A stretch of 64,000 bases of DNA from Raja brachyura (taxonomy: Eukaryota): the NCBI GenBank assembly GCA_963514005.1, contig OY740785.1, forward strand, positions 28,644,001 to 28,708,000, read 5' to 3'. Of this stretch, positions 36,703 through 49,365 are shown piece after piece. A program made the position numbers and the translations under genes. Position 1 is the first letter of the stretch, and each line of letters starts with the position of its first letter. The notes beneath the pieces were generated by a model, which saw nothing but the letters and a program-made list of their open reading frames with translations, was not told the DNA's origin and ran no database searches.

Positions 36703-37504
36703 TTAAAATATTGTCTCAGTTAAAAAATGCAACGGTCACTTCTGGTTGAAAATTGTCAATTGACTTGTTTGACGAACCCCTGAAACAAATGGGCACAATT
36801 TGGAGGGTGCTTGGATTTGGATTGGCACACTGTTCACCAATGTTACACAATTTGTCATTATACCTATATAGCAAATGGGCAAACCATTACTTAAGAATTA
36901 GCTAAAGAAGGGTCTCGACCCGAAACGTCGCCTATCTCCTTCGCTCCTTAGATGCTGCTGCACCCGCTGAGTTTCTCCAGCTTTTTGTGTAACAAACCAT
37001 TACTTAATTTCTCCAAGTTAAAATTTAACCAAGTCAAATATTGGTCAGTTACTTTAATTCCCCCCCCCCCCCCCCCTTTAAGATGCCAGACACACTTTCT
37101 TTCATTTCTCCCCTATCTTATAACTTCCTTTGCCTCACTAAGTCCTTTTGGCTCTTTCAAGAAACCTCAAAATTATAAACAGTTACTTATCACTTAATTA
37201 TTTCTTGCATTGACCTTTTGATGCCGCCTGCCATCACCCATATTTCCTGTTGATGATGCAATTCTTGCTTGAGTACGAAGGTGCCTTTTTGTGTCGCTGT
37301 ACTAGAATTTAAAAATTAGCTGAGTTAATTTTACAGCTATCATTTTGTTCTAATCCAATAAGCAGGAAAAAAAGTCTTGTAGCTCGTTGTGTTATTCCTA
37401 GCTGTGGAAAACTCGTTTATTTTATGAATGCCAGGTCTGTTGTAAGATTACATAATACTACGCACAAAATATACTCTTTATTTTCTCAGTACTCGGTATT
37501 CTTT

Positions 37505-37890
37505 ATACTCCCCATTCCGAATCCGACCTTTCTGTTTTGGGTCTCCTCCATGGCCAGAGTGAGTTCCACCGCAAATTGGAGGAGCAGCACCTCATATTTT
37601 GCTTGGGTAGTTTACACCCCAGCGGTATGAACATTGTTTTCTCCAATTTCAGGTAGTCCTTGCTTTCTCCCTCCTTCCCCTTCCCAGCTCTGCCACAGCC
37701 TACTGTCTCTGTCTCTTCCTTTATCTTCCCCCTCCCCACCCCCCCCCCCCCCAAATCAGACTGAAGAAGGGTCGCGACCTGAAACGTCACCTATTCCTTC
37801 GCTCCATAAATACTGCCTCGCCTGCTAAGTTTCTCCGGCATTTATGTCTTCGTTCGATTTTTCCAGCATCTGCAGTTATTTCTTAAACAT
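37505..37890 (+). mobile_element. Penelope-like element 3' fragment (GIY-YIG C-terminus, pLTR with hammerhead core)
   Basis: HSESDLSVLGLLHGQSEFHRKLEEQHLIFCLGSL.PSGMNI.F; CTGAAGA..GAAACGTC at 37761-37788. Confidence 0.8.
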
Positions 37891-38180
37891 TCTCTCAGAA
37901 AAAATCCTTTTTAGCTGCTTTGATTCTATTATGTTTCAAATGTCAAAATAATTGGTAGCACTCAATCATAGATTTGAGTGTTGTATTATCAAATGTTTTT
38001 AAAAAAAAATGCATATTAAAAAGTGCATCTGACAATTTCTCAGTGACAAAGTCCATGTTAGAAATCAAAACAAAAACATTAGGATTTAGAATAGTTAGAG
38101 TAACAAATAAAGAACACTTAGAAGTAAAAACTGGAGAAAGTGTGTAGAATGAAGATATTGGCAAAATAACCAAAAGTGGT

Positions 38181-38400
38181 TAGTTTAGAGATACGACATT
38201 GGAAACAGTCCCTTCAGCCCACCAAATCCAAGCCAACCATTAATCACCCGTTCACACTAGGGAAAATTTACAGAAGCTAATTAACCCACAAACCATCCTG
38301 CTTTGGGATGCGAGAGGAAACCCACATGGTCGCAGAGTGCAAACTCCACATAGACAGTGCCCAATGTCAGGATGGAAACTAACCGGGTCTCTGGTGGTGC
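38181..38400 (-). mobile_element. tRNA-derived SINE, decayed
   Basis: tagtttagagata tail and reverse core, as at 16200. Confidence 0.65.
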
Positions 38401-39664
38401 AGAAACTGGTACCTGATTGCTTCTTGCACTGGCACAAACAGGCCAAAGGTAAAACATTTTTCCTAGTAATATTATCCAGCTACAGATTAAACCGTTTCAT
38501 TTTGTAACTGAAGTGTTTATAGGATTGCCATATTTGTTTGTTTACGTCATACTTTGAAACAATGGACAAATTTGCTTTACGTAGTATCTCAAAACCATAA
38601 GTGCTAAGGGGCTTCACATCCAATAAAATATTTTGCAGTCTAGTCACTGTTGTATATGACATTAAACATCTCTTAGCATTCTCTATACCGTCTCTATTCT
38701 CTATGCATTCTCTATAAGTGCCACCATACTAATATCCAGCTTTTCGTGTCTATCTTCATAATATCTAGCCAATACCACTTATTTCCATGGCTACAGTTTT
38801 GAAGGGAATTTGAAATTGTTCCCACACTCCTAGAGAAGAGTTCATTGTACTTTTAATAAAATACATTGGTACTTGTTTTATCCTTCTTGTTGCTTCTCTC
38901 TTTTTATAGCAGCAAGGGGTATTTATTCAAAAGCCATCCAGTCTCTGCTGGTTCCTACTCATTAAAGAGTGGTTTAAACCTTTATGATTGTTGTAGCTGT
39001 CCACCAAGCTTCAAATACTCCACATTCTTTGTGCAATGTTGCCCGGTGTCATTTGGACTTCCCAGCAACTCCCTGACAACCAATGTGATTCAAGGCATTC
39101 TGCATTTTTCTCCCCAGTTGTGGGAATGAATGCTTCAGTAACAACCAGCAGCAAAAACAAAGAATTTGCATGGTTGATTATAAATTATGATAAAATATGC
39201 ATACTGAAAGCTAAGCTAGCTGCAAAGCTGCTGTTTGTAAAGATTTTATGACAGGTATCTTGTGCTTGGGATCTTCTTGGCAATTTAGTTGCTGTGGACA
39301 GGTATTTGCATAAACATAAGATTTTTTTATTTTCACCCTTACCTTTACAATTTTTGATAGTACAGGATATATTTAGTGGATTTCCCTAATCATTGCTTGT
39401 AGTATGAATGAAGAAAGATTTTGAGTTTGTGTTACTGATTTTCTCAAAACTCCTTTTCCAGATTCTTAATGTTCTTCTGTAAAATCAAGTATTTATTCTT
39501 GTGTTTAGCTTTCCTTTCTGTATACAGTTCCATAGTTAAATGTGGAATAATAAAATAGTAGTTGATAGATTAGAAGCCATAATTCTGGGCTATTGATCCA
39601 GTAACAAGTTTGAATCCCATCATGTCAGTTGGATAATTTAAATTAATAACATAATTAAATAATT

Positions 39665-39988
39665 ACACAGTGGCACAGCTAGTAGAGCTGTAACCTCACA
39701 GCTCCATTGACCTGGGTTAGCTCCACTGACCTCAGGTACTGTCTGTGTAGAGTTTGTATGTTCTCCCTGTGATTGTGTCGGCTTCTTCCGGTTTTCTCCC
39801 ACATCCCAAAAGATGTGAGAGTTTGTTGGATAATTAGTCTCTTTAAATTGCCCCTGGTAGATATGGAGTGAATGAGAAAGTGCGGTCACATAGTACTAGT
39901 GTAAATGGGTAATCTTAGTTTGCACGGTTGGTGGGGCAAAGGGCCAGTTTCTATGCTGTATCTCTAGAACTAAAATACTAAAACTAAA
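39665..39988 (+). mobile_element. tRNA-derived SINE, decayed
   Basis: cagtggcacagctagtagagctg head, core, gctgtatctcta end with (CTAAA)n. Confidence 0.75.
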
Positions 39989-41284
39989 TAAAATAACATC
40001 CCAGCACAAACTCATGGATTGTAATTAAAAACTATCAGGTTCATTCAATTCTGCTGTATTTGTTTCGTCTGAGTGGAATGAGATTCCAAACCCATCTTAA
40101 CAGCTTCCTCTGTTTAGGGGTAATTTGAGATGTTCAATAAATGCCAGCTTTGCTAGCAGCATCCACACCTGGCAGGTGAATAAATAAAATAAACCTGATC
40201 CAATACCGAGCTCCCTTGCATCTTGTGTAAATGTTCGGATAATGTATTGTAATTTCCTCATCTGCAAGAATTCTTGCTGTAAAATGGAGTTTAAACAAAG
40301 TGCAGGGGTAGTAAATCAGAGCAGAAAAGGGTGAGAGAGTTTTGTGTTTGATAGTGAGGAAGAAGGACTGCAGTTGTGATTGAGAAGAAATTGTAAACTG
40401 AGTAGGAATAAAGACAGGGTAAGGATAGATGGCATTAAGGTGCCATTTGAAAAATGCTGACGAAAGGCTCCAAATGCTCAGTGGGACAGTCAACATCTCT
40501 GGATAGAAGGAATGGGTGATGTTTCGGGTCGAGACCCTTCTTGAGCCGTGAATGCTTACAGCTGTACAAAAATGCTGATGATGACGGTGACTGGGCTGGG
40601 AATTGAAAGGGATGGAAGCAACAGTGCTGCTTGCTGTTCAGAGACTGCATAGCAAGGTAAATAAATTAAGCAATTTAAGTACATTTTGAAAGAATGAATT
40701 GGGAAGGAAATAAATTTGACATTGAAACTAGTTGAGTTTTTAAAATTCATGTATATTCAGATATATATTTTAAAATTCATACTGTCATGTCTACCCTATG
40801 GGGATTAAATTAGAACAATGACAACATGTCATTTTGTCATTGCAACTATATTTATGCCTGCCTGTAACATTGGATCATTTTTCTACAACATTTTTAACCC
40901 TTTACAAGCTTGTGTAGAAAAAATACAGATGCTGGATTACACTGAAGATAGACACAAATGCTGGAGGAACAGGCAGCATCTCTGGATAGAATAAATGGGT
41001 GACGTTTCGAGTCGAGAAGGGTCTGAAGAAGGGTCTCGACCCGAAATGTTGCCTCTTCGTTCTATCCAGAAATGCTGCCTGTCCACCATTTATGTCTATC
41101 TTCGGCATCTGCAGTTCTTCCTACACAAGTTGTATAACAAATTTCAGGATGTCAGAAAGAACATGTAAACCATAGTAACCAATGTATAGAATAGAATCTC
41201 AGAGTTACAAGGAGCTGCAAATATTGAAATCTTGAGCTATATACTGCGTGTTGGAGTAACTCAGCAGATCAGGCAGAATCTGCA

Positions 41285-43286
41285 TCTATCTATATACTTT
41301 TAAAACTGTGTGTGTGTGATTTAGCATGTGAAACGTATCTCCTCGAAAACCAGACACAAAACCGCGGAGATTTTTACCATTTTGGTAGGGGTTTTCCTTA
41401 TGAGTTCGGAAATCCACTCCTTGGCAATTATTTCCCCAGATTTTGAATAAAATTGATCACAAAACTCAACTTTTAAAATCTAAACGGCTCTCACCAGCTG
41501 CTGACGTCACAATGCTCACATGCCGACCAATCCAGGCCCATCTGTGTCCTGGCCCCGCCCCCCGCCGCTGTGGATTAAAGGCGCAGAAATATTGAGAAAG
41601 TTCTGTAGAACAAACATTCTACAGCTCCGTTCCGCTGTAGCTTTGTTCTACAGATCTCGGGGCAGCGACTCCTCACGCGCTGAACCGTATCTTCACGGAC
41701 TGTTGGTGCAGTCCGTGAAGCCCTGCGCGCTCATTCCAGCTATCGGTTTACAGAGTAAGAAGCCGCTTCTCTCTCTCTCTTCATTTGGCAGCCCGGCTCT
41801 CCTCCACCATCCCCCCCCAACTAGTTTCAATGTTTAACTGACAATTTCATAATTGCACTCCTCTCTAGATTTGGTTAATTATTTCCCTGGATTTTGAATA
41901 AAATTGTTCACCAAATATCAAAAATATTTAAAATCAAACTGCGGCATGAGTCACTGGGCCACCTCACAGATCCAATCACAATGGATCTCATTCACATATA
42001 TGACATCACAATGGGACAGGGATGGGAGATCAGAACCTTCACGTGGTCCCACTAAAATCAAACTTCTGCATGAGTCACAGTGCCATCTCACAGATGTCTA
42101 ATCACAATGGGCCAGGGGTGGGAGATCTCTCCCCCTCCCTCCCTCCCTTTCACAATGCCTTTGCACCTGGCCCAATTGGCCCCGCCCCCCCCAGCCTGCC
42201 CGCTGGTCCCGCCCCCCCCCCCCCCCCCCCCCCCCCAGCTGCTAGGTTGTAGATTCCATTGCTTTTCATTGAATTGAATTATTTGTCACTTAACATCACT
42301 AATTCTTAACATTTTTAACTTTTAATTTCAAAGACAATTTAAAAAGAAAATTGCTATATTCATTGACAGCTTGGATCGGACCCGCTGTGTGTGTTTGGAG
42401 GGGGAGAGAGGGGGAGGGAGGGATGGGGGGGTGTGGTTAGAGGGGGGCTGGTTAGAGTGTGTGTGATGCGGCAGAACATTCTGAACGCATGACGCNNNNN
42501 NNNNNNNNNNNNNNNNNNNNNNNNNNNNNNNNNNNNNNNNNNNNNNNNNNNNNNNNNNNNNNNNNNNNNNNNNNNNNNNNNNNNNNNNNNNNNNNNNNNN
42601 NNNNNNNNNNNNNNNNNNNNNNNNNNNNNNNNNNNNNNNNNNNNNNNNNNNNNNNNNNNNNNNNNNNNNNNNNNNNNNNNNNNNNNNNNNNNNNNNNNNN
42701 NNNNNNNNNNNNNNNNNNNNTCTTTCTCCCCCACCCTCTCCCCCACCCCCCCCCTGCCCCTCCCCAAACTCCCTCCCCTAAACCCACTTCCCCCCTCCTC
42801 TACCCTACCCCTTCCCTCCACCCCATCCCCCTCCCTTCTCCCCCTCCTTCCCCTCCCTCTCTCTCCCCCCCTCTCTCTCCCCCCCTCAGCCCCCCTCTCT
42901 CCCTCTCCTCCCCTCTCTCTTTCCTCCCACCTCTCTCACCCACCCTCCCCCCCTCATTCACCCACCCTCCCTCTCCTCCACCTCCCTCTCCCTCTGTCTC
43001 TGCCCCTTTCTCTCTGTCTCTCCCCATTTTCTCTCTGCTCTCACTCTCTACCCCCCCCCCCCCCACCCTCTCTCTCTAGATGCACCTGCGAGTTGGGGGC
43101 TATACGTCAGTGTATAGGGCGGTTATGGGGTAAAAGGAGCAAATTAAAATATTAATATAATATCAAAGGGGGTAGTTAGCATGTGTGCGGGGGGGTAGTT
43201 AGTGTGTGTGACGCCACATGCCGCCCCTCTATCCCCCGCAACCACACTTTGGGGGAACAGACCCAACGGCTCTGCACTTGGTCTAG
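41285..43286 (+). mobile_element. Non-autonomous Helitron (spans an assembly gap)
   Basis: A|TCTATCTATATACT 5' end; subterminal hairpin CAGACCCAACGGCTCTG; 3' CTAG|T. Confidence 0.75.
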
Positions 43287-43332
43287 TAATTAACTTAAAA
43301 ATAGCATGACCACCTAAGATTATGAACCCTAA

Positions 43333-44580
43333 AGGGCCTGTCCAACTTGGGTGACATTTTCAGCGAAAGCCTGAAAAAATGCCATCGCCACATGGTCGCG
43401 TGGTGACGCCTGTATTGACGAGCCGTGTCTCCTCAAGTGTCACAACATTTTTCTTGCTCTCGCTGGATTTTGAAATGTTCAAAATATTACCGCGACACTG
43501 GGCTTGACGTTGCGTGTCTTCTCATGTCGTAGGTGCTGTCGTAGACTGTCGCCAGTATGACGCCCAGTGACGTACGAATTCGCAAGGTCATAACCTTGGC
43601 AAATTCCTTTTGTGAACAGCTGCGTCATCATTCGTAAACCGGCGACAGTGCCTGTGTCAAGATGCGTCACGGTGCAACATTTGAAAAAAAAGCACCGCTC
43701 CACGTGATCACTCATGTATATAAAGCGCCGACATTCAAAACTTTTTTTTGCTTGCAAAGGAGGCCATCAGAAAATGGCACCAAATAGAAGCAAGGCTCAT
43801 CAAAAGAGCAAGGCACAAACCCCACCCCTACCAACCATGCAGGAGGAGACCCAGATCCAGCAGATTGAGATCTAGGAGGAGGAGACCATTGAGGTGAACA
43901 TTGAGGGGGTTCGTGGCCACAGCACCACCCCACTCCTGAGGGCCACATTCTCTTCTGCTGCTGTTGCTGTTGCTGCTGGTGCAGATTGGGATTCTGATTT
44001 TGCTGAGGACACTGATGCCTCAGTTGAGAGAAGGAAGAAGAGGAGAATGATCACCAAGCCATATGATTTCAGCAGGGAACAAGAGGGGGACCTGGTAGAT
44101 TGATATCAGGCCAACCCTGAGCTGTACGATAAGAACAGCAGGCTCAGTCAGTCAGCCTACCTCAGTCAGCAGAACAGCGAGAGGAAGCAGACCATGGCCA
44201 TCCCCACTGCAGGCTCCAGCAAAACTGCGGCTGAGGGTGTCTAGACAGGCAAGTCAGCGGGAGATGATCAAAGGGGTAGGTGCTTTTGGGTGAATTATCA
44301 GAAGACTTCTCTTTTCATCCACCCGTCCATCCATTTATCTCCATCGTTTCCCAAAAATTACTTACCTGTACGGTACTCTTTTTTTGTTGCCGATCATGCA
44401 ACAGGCAAAAGCGACCACGGATACCATGAAAACCATGGCGCAGCCTAAGACACAACATGAGAGGTTGGTTGAAACCTTCTCAGCCGTCTTAAAAGAAGAG
44501 ATGACGTTGATTCCAGAAAACCAATGGAATAGCTACTCCATGGAGGCCTTTGCCTTGGCAAGGGCCCACCAATTCTCTCA
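43333..44580 (+). mobile_element. Decayed PIF/Harbinger element: left TIR plus MADF/Myb-like gene remnant
   Basis: TAA|AGGGCCTGTC left end like the 56519 MITE; disrupted frame ...YDFSREQEGDLVD*YQANPELYDKNSR; no right TIR found. Confidence 0.65.
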
Positions 44581-45267
44581 GTTGGTATATTTCTTAATCA
44601 AAGTTTGTGGAATTTATAAAACATTAGACTTTAATAATGTGTTTGTATGAATTACTATGAATTCATTGGTGTTGCAGAGTCTGAGACCCTAAATTTCAAC
44701 TGATAGAAAATCTCTCAAAAAGTGTAGAATTGGCTCAGCACAACACTGAAATAACAGTCCAGATTTAAGCACATTTGCTTAACCCTCAGATATCATTTTG
44801 ACTTCTGACTGAAATACTCAGAGAGAAGGGTGTGATTATTTCAGTCAGAGTTGCAACTATCAGTAGACTGTGAAAAATATACATCTTCTAGATGCGCTGG
44901 GATGCATGCTCAGTGATATGACCTGGGGTCATCGGGTGTTTCGGGTCTCACAACATCAGACACCCTCGCTTAGGCGACCTAACTGGATTTTTAGGCCACG
45001 GTGGTTCATTAGGCCTTTTCGTAGCTTTGTTGGGTGTCTTTCTCACGAAAGACACAGACTGGGGTACTAAGCCAGCCTGTCCCGGGTGCCATTTTTCCAT
45101 GCCGTCAACTGTCTCTCCAGTAGTCACCAAACTATTCTTGGTTGTCACCCAGTCTATTCTTAGGTGCCACTGGGTGAGCCAGGAAATTATAATCGATAAT
45201 CGAGTTAATAAAATATTTATTTTGCTGTTTAATAAAGGAAGGACTAACGGAAAGAAAAGGACACAAC

Positions 45268-45303
45268 ATGGCTAATTCTGCAGACACTCCACTGGAGGGC
45301 AAT
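45268..45303 (+). CDS. OARD1: OARD1 coding exon 1 (MANSADTPLEGN)
   Basis: caacATGG Kozak context, AAT|gtaagt donor in phase 0 matching the next exon; upstream acceptor at 45237. Confidence 0.8.
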
Positions 45304-45617
45304 GTAAGTATGGATCCCAGTGAACAAGTGCATTTCACAATGTCTTCTGCCGTGTCTCTGCAAATGCCGGGAACTATCTCCTCTTCCGCATTCAAAATCA
45401 TTTTGAGCTAAAGAAATACTGCGTTTTGGAATTGAAATACGTGAAAACACAGCCACGAGGGAATTTCCTATTCTAAAATTGATTTATCAGGGCATTTGAA
45501 GAGAACTTTGAAGTGTTTTATTGTTAAAGTTCTCATGTTTTTGAAACTGCTTGAGATACTTTGACTATGTCCCCAATAATAACGGTCTCATAATTAGTAA
45601 AGGTTACCCAGTTAATA

Positions 45618-47593
45618 TCTATATATAACTAAAGCTCTGATCTTGTTATCTTCCGGTTTGCGCTGTCTTTCAATTTGCACAAAAACGATTCGCAATAGCG
45701 TTATGATTTTTCGCCAGCTTACTCACCGTTCTCCTGTGCTACGAGTGCACCAAGTTTTGTTCCGATAGGTGGCCTAATGTAAAAGGTAGCGAGGACTAAA
45801 AATCTTAAAAAGCGCGCATGCGCAGATCGATTTGCTCTCCTGCCAGTCAGCGCCACGTGAATTGGTCTTTTCTCCAGTCATTCCGTGAGACAGTCTGCCC
45901 CTTCCTGCGCCATTGCGTCTTTACTGGAGCTGTGGATGGCCGGCGGGAGTTTCCAACCGCACACAATCTTTGGAGGGACTAAGCGGCGCAGGAGATGTCG
46001 CCAAATGGAAAACGGAGAATCCAGCGACAAGCGCCTGCTGTGAGTTCTCATCGCACCGTCGGCTCTCAGCCCCTTCCACTCTGGTCCCCTCGCTGGCTCC
46101 TGCCCCTCTCCCGTGATACCCCCCTCTCCCCCACAGCCCCCGTCTTTTCTCCAAGTTCTATCCCCCCCACCGCACGCACACCCCACTCCCCCCACAACCC
46201 CACCTCCCCCCACAACGCCCCCACACCTCTCCTACCCTCACACCCCCCCTCGCCTCCACACCCCCCTCCCCCCGCCCCAGCCCACACACACTATGCCCCC
46301 CACAGACCCCCCTCCCCACACAAACTGCCCCACCCACACCACCCTCTCCCCACTCCCCCCTCCCCCCTACAACCCTCCCACCCACATGGCCCCCCGCCCA
46401 CGCGCCCCCTCCCCGCCCACAAGCCCCCCTCCCCCTGCCCACACATCTCCTCCCCCTCCCCCTGCCCACACAACCACCCCCTCCCCCACACACCCCCCTC
46501 ACCCCCCCCACAAACCCATCTCCCCCACACACACCCCTCCTCCACACACCCCCCCCCACTCCCCCACACTCCCCCTTCCCCCACCAGCCCCCGCCTCAAA
46601 CCACCCCCCTCCCCGGCTGTAGGACACCTCCCCTAGCCCCCGCCTGAAGCCGCCCCCCTCACCTGCTGCAGGATGCTTCCCCCCCCCCCGGCCCCCTCCT
46701 GAAGCCGTCCCCATCGCCAGCTGCAGGACCCCCCTCCCCGCTCTAGGACGCTCCCCCTTGGCCCCTTGCTGAGGCCATCCCCCTCCCCTGCTGCAGGACG
46801 CCTTCCACCCACCGGCCCCTGCCTGAAGCAGTCCCCGTCCCCAGCTGCAGGTCCCTGAGCTGGTGGACGGGGATGGCTTCAGGCGGGGCCCGGTGGGGGC
46901 TGGGGAACATCCTGCAGTGGGGGACGTGACGGCTTCTGAGGGGGGCGCACTCCCACCCACCGTCACCGTCCCCCTCCCCCGGCCACAGGATGCTCCCCCC
47001 ACCGACCCCCAACGGCCCCCGTCTGAAGCTGTGACCCTCCCCCGGCTACACGTGCTTCCTCCCACCGGCCCCGGACAGTCCCCGCCTGAAGCCCCCTCCC
47101 CCGGCTGCAGAACGCTACAAGAGACGCAACAAGAAAGAATGGACTGAATAAATCTCATCTTTAACGTTTAAATTGTTTTAAGTTATTCACATTTTAAGCT
47201 TTAATAAATCCCTTTTCAACTTGCCATGTCTGTCAGCTACATCACAATGGGAACTCAATGGGTGGGAATGGCTGCGCCGCCGGAGAGCCGCTAAGAGTGG
47301 ATGGGTGGGGGGAGGGGGTTTGAGGGGTGATGGAGTGAGTAAGACGGGGGGGGGGGGGGGGGGAGTGCTAGGGGCGGAGTGAGGGGAGGAGGGAGGATCA
47401 GGGGCGTCACAACGGAAACCCGTCAGCCGCACCTGCGCAGTTAGGGGCTATGGATGAGTGGTGGAATATTGTATTGGGGATGGGTTGCGTTGGAGGAACG
47501 GGTGAGTGGTGGAATGTTGCATAGGGGAATGTGTTGCGTTGGGGGACCAGGCCTCCCGTGTGACTGGCACCCAACGGGTCCCACTTAGTCTAG
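45618..47593 (+). mobile_element. Non-autonomous Helitron with C-rich low-complexity interior
   Basis: A|TCTATATATAACTAAA 5' end; GGCACCCAACGGGTCCC hairpin; CTAG|T end; no TSD. Confidence 0.85.
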
Positions 47594-47762
47594 TATAGAC
47601 TGAAATTAATTGGAACAGCCTTTTTCTATTTCTATTCTTTTGCTGGTTTTGTTTATCTCAAAGGCTTTGTAAACTAGAGCCTTTTTAAGTAATCTGATAG
47701 TAAGACCGAACAGTTTTCCATTATTCTAATCATCTAAAATGTCTTATCATTGGTATATACAG

Positions 47763-47916
47763 AGCTTCAAGATCTGTTATGTGCAAGGTGATCTATTTTC
47801 ATGCCCAGAAAAGGATGCGTTGGCACATTGCATTGGCGAAGATTGCAACATGGAGGCTGGAGTAGCAGTCTTGTTCAAAAGAAAATATGGATGTGTCGAC
47901 GAACTACAGAATCAGA
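47763..47916 (+). CDS. OARD1: OARD1 coding exon 2 ([10 protein letters not shown]...[24 protein letters not shown])
   Basis: Matches recalled TARG1 [34 protein letters not shown]; cag acceptor, gtaaga donor; 154 nt. Confidence 0.95.
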
Positions 47917-48786
47917 GTAAGAAAATTGGTATTATTAGAAATAACCTTTCACCAGAAGAATGTTGACTTAGATCCACCTGAATCTTTCACTATAGGAAAG
48001 AAAAAAAGTGCCTGAGTAACTCAGTGGGTTTTGCAACAGCTCTGAAGACCATGTTCTCCAGAGATTCTGCCTGATCCACTGTGTTACTCCTACACTTTGT
48101 GTCTTTTAGGTTGTAAACCAGCATCTGCAGTTCCTTGTATCTACTATGGGAATGGATGCGTTTCTACCATTTTCTTAAATCAAATTATTTCTTTAATCTT
48201 TCAAAAGCAGTTATTACTTTCAGGTGTTCCACTTGAATGGCCAACCTAATCTCCTGTTTTATTATTTATTTTATTCCCTGTTTTTTTTAAACAACATTTT
48301 AGTATGTCAAATATTGCCATGGTTTTTACTTGTCGTTAATTGATAATGTTATTTGCATAAAATCTTTCTTTACCTGAATCTCCTTTTTGCCTATTATATA
48401 TGGAATTTTGGAAACAAACTTTGTGTGTGTGTGTACACTGAACTTTTTTTTCTCGTTTATTGTTTAAAGAGTACTATGTTTACATATATTCTGTTGTGCT
48501 GCTGCAAGGAAGAATTGTATTGTTTTATCTGGGACATATGACAATAAAACACTCTTGGCACAAAGGAGGATGAAAACATTGCCGTACAAACATATACATG
48601 AGATTTCATTCATGAAGTTTATAGAAATAGGTTTTTATTTTATTGATAAATCTTTATTTGACTTTGACTCATTCAGATACATTGTAATAACACTTCTCAT
48701 TGCAATTGTTTGAATTTCCCTGAATATGCCTTAAATATGTAACTCTGATTGATTTAATAGTTGTCAAGTCAAGAGAGTTTATTGTC

Positions 48787-49365
48787 CGAACACCTCCACT
48801 CAGTCCGCAATAACCAACCCGACCTCCCGGTGGCTCAGCACTTCAACTCCCCCTCCCATTCTGTATCCGACCTCTCGGTCCTGGGCCTCCTCCACGGCTA
48901 GAGTGAGCAACACCGCACGTTGAGGAACAGCACCTCATATTCCGCTTGGGGAGTCTGCATCCTCTGGGCTTAAACATTGAATTTTCTCAATTCTGTTAAC
49001 CCTGGCTGCTTCTTCCCCTTCCCACCTCTCCCTCAGCCCTCGGGCCCTGGCATTCCGTCTCTCTCTATCTCTCCCCCACCCAAGTCGCACTAGCTTCTCA
49101 TTTTCACACTACAAACAGCTTACAATGGCCTGTTTTCTTTATCATCGATACTTTTTTGCATATCTTTCATTCATTGTTCTTTATCTCTCCACATCACCAT
49201 CTATATCTCTTGTTTCCCTGATCCCCAACCAGTCTTAAGAAGGGTCTCGACCCGAAACGTCGCCTATCTCCTTTGCACCTTAGATGCTGCTGCACCCGCT
49301 GCGTTTCTCCAGCCTTTTGTGTACCCTCGATTCTCCATCATCTGCAGTTCCGTCTTTAACACTTA
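48787..49365 (+). mobile_element. Penelope-like element 3' fragment with 13-bp TSD, inserted in a Rex1-like tail
   Basis: EHLHSVRNNQPDLPVAQHFNSPSHSVSDLSVLGLLHG; AGAGTTTATTGTC duplicated at 48774-48786 and 49366-49378. Confidence 0.85.

Noticed and set aside
42496-42720. N run inside the first Helitron
   Set aside because: Assembly gap with no biological information; it makes the element's continuity and length uncertain.
45878-47158. Pro/His-rich and Gly-rich ORFs on both strands
   Set aside because: C-rich low-complexity interior of a Helitron; no domain similarity seen.
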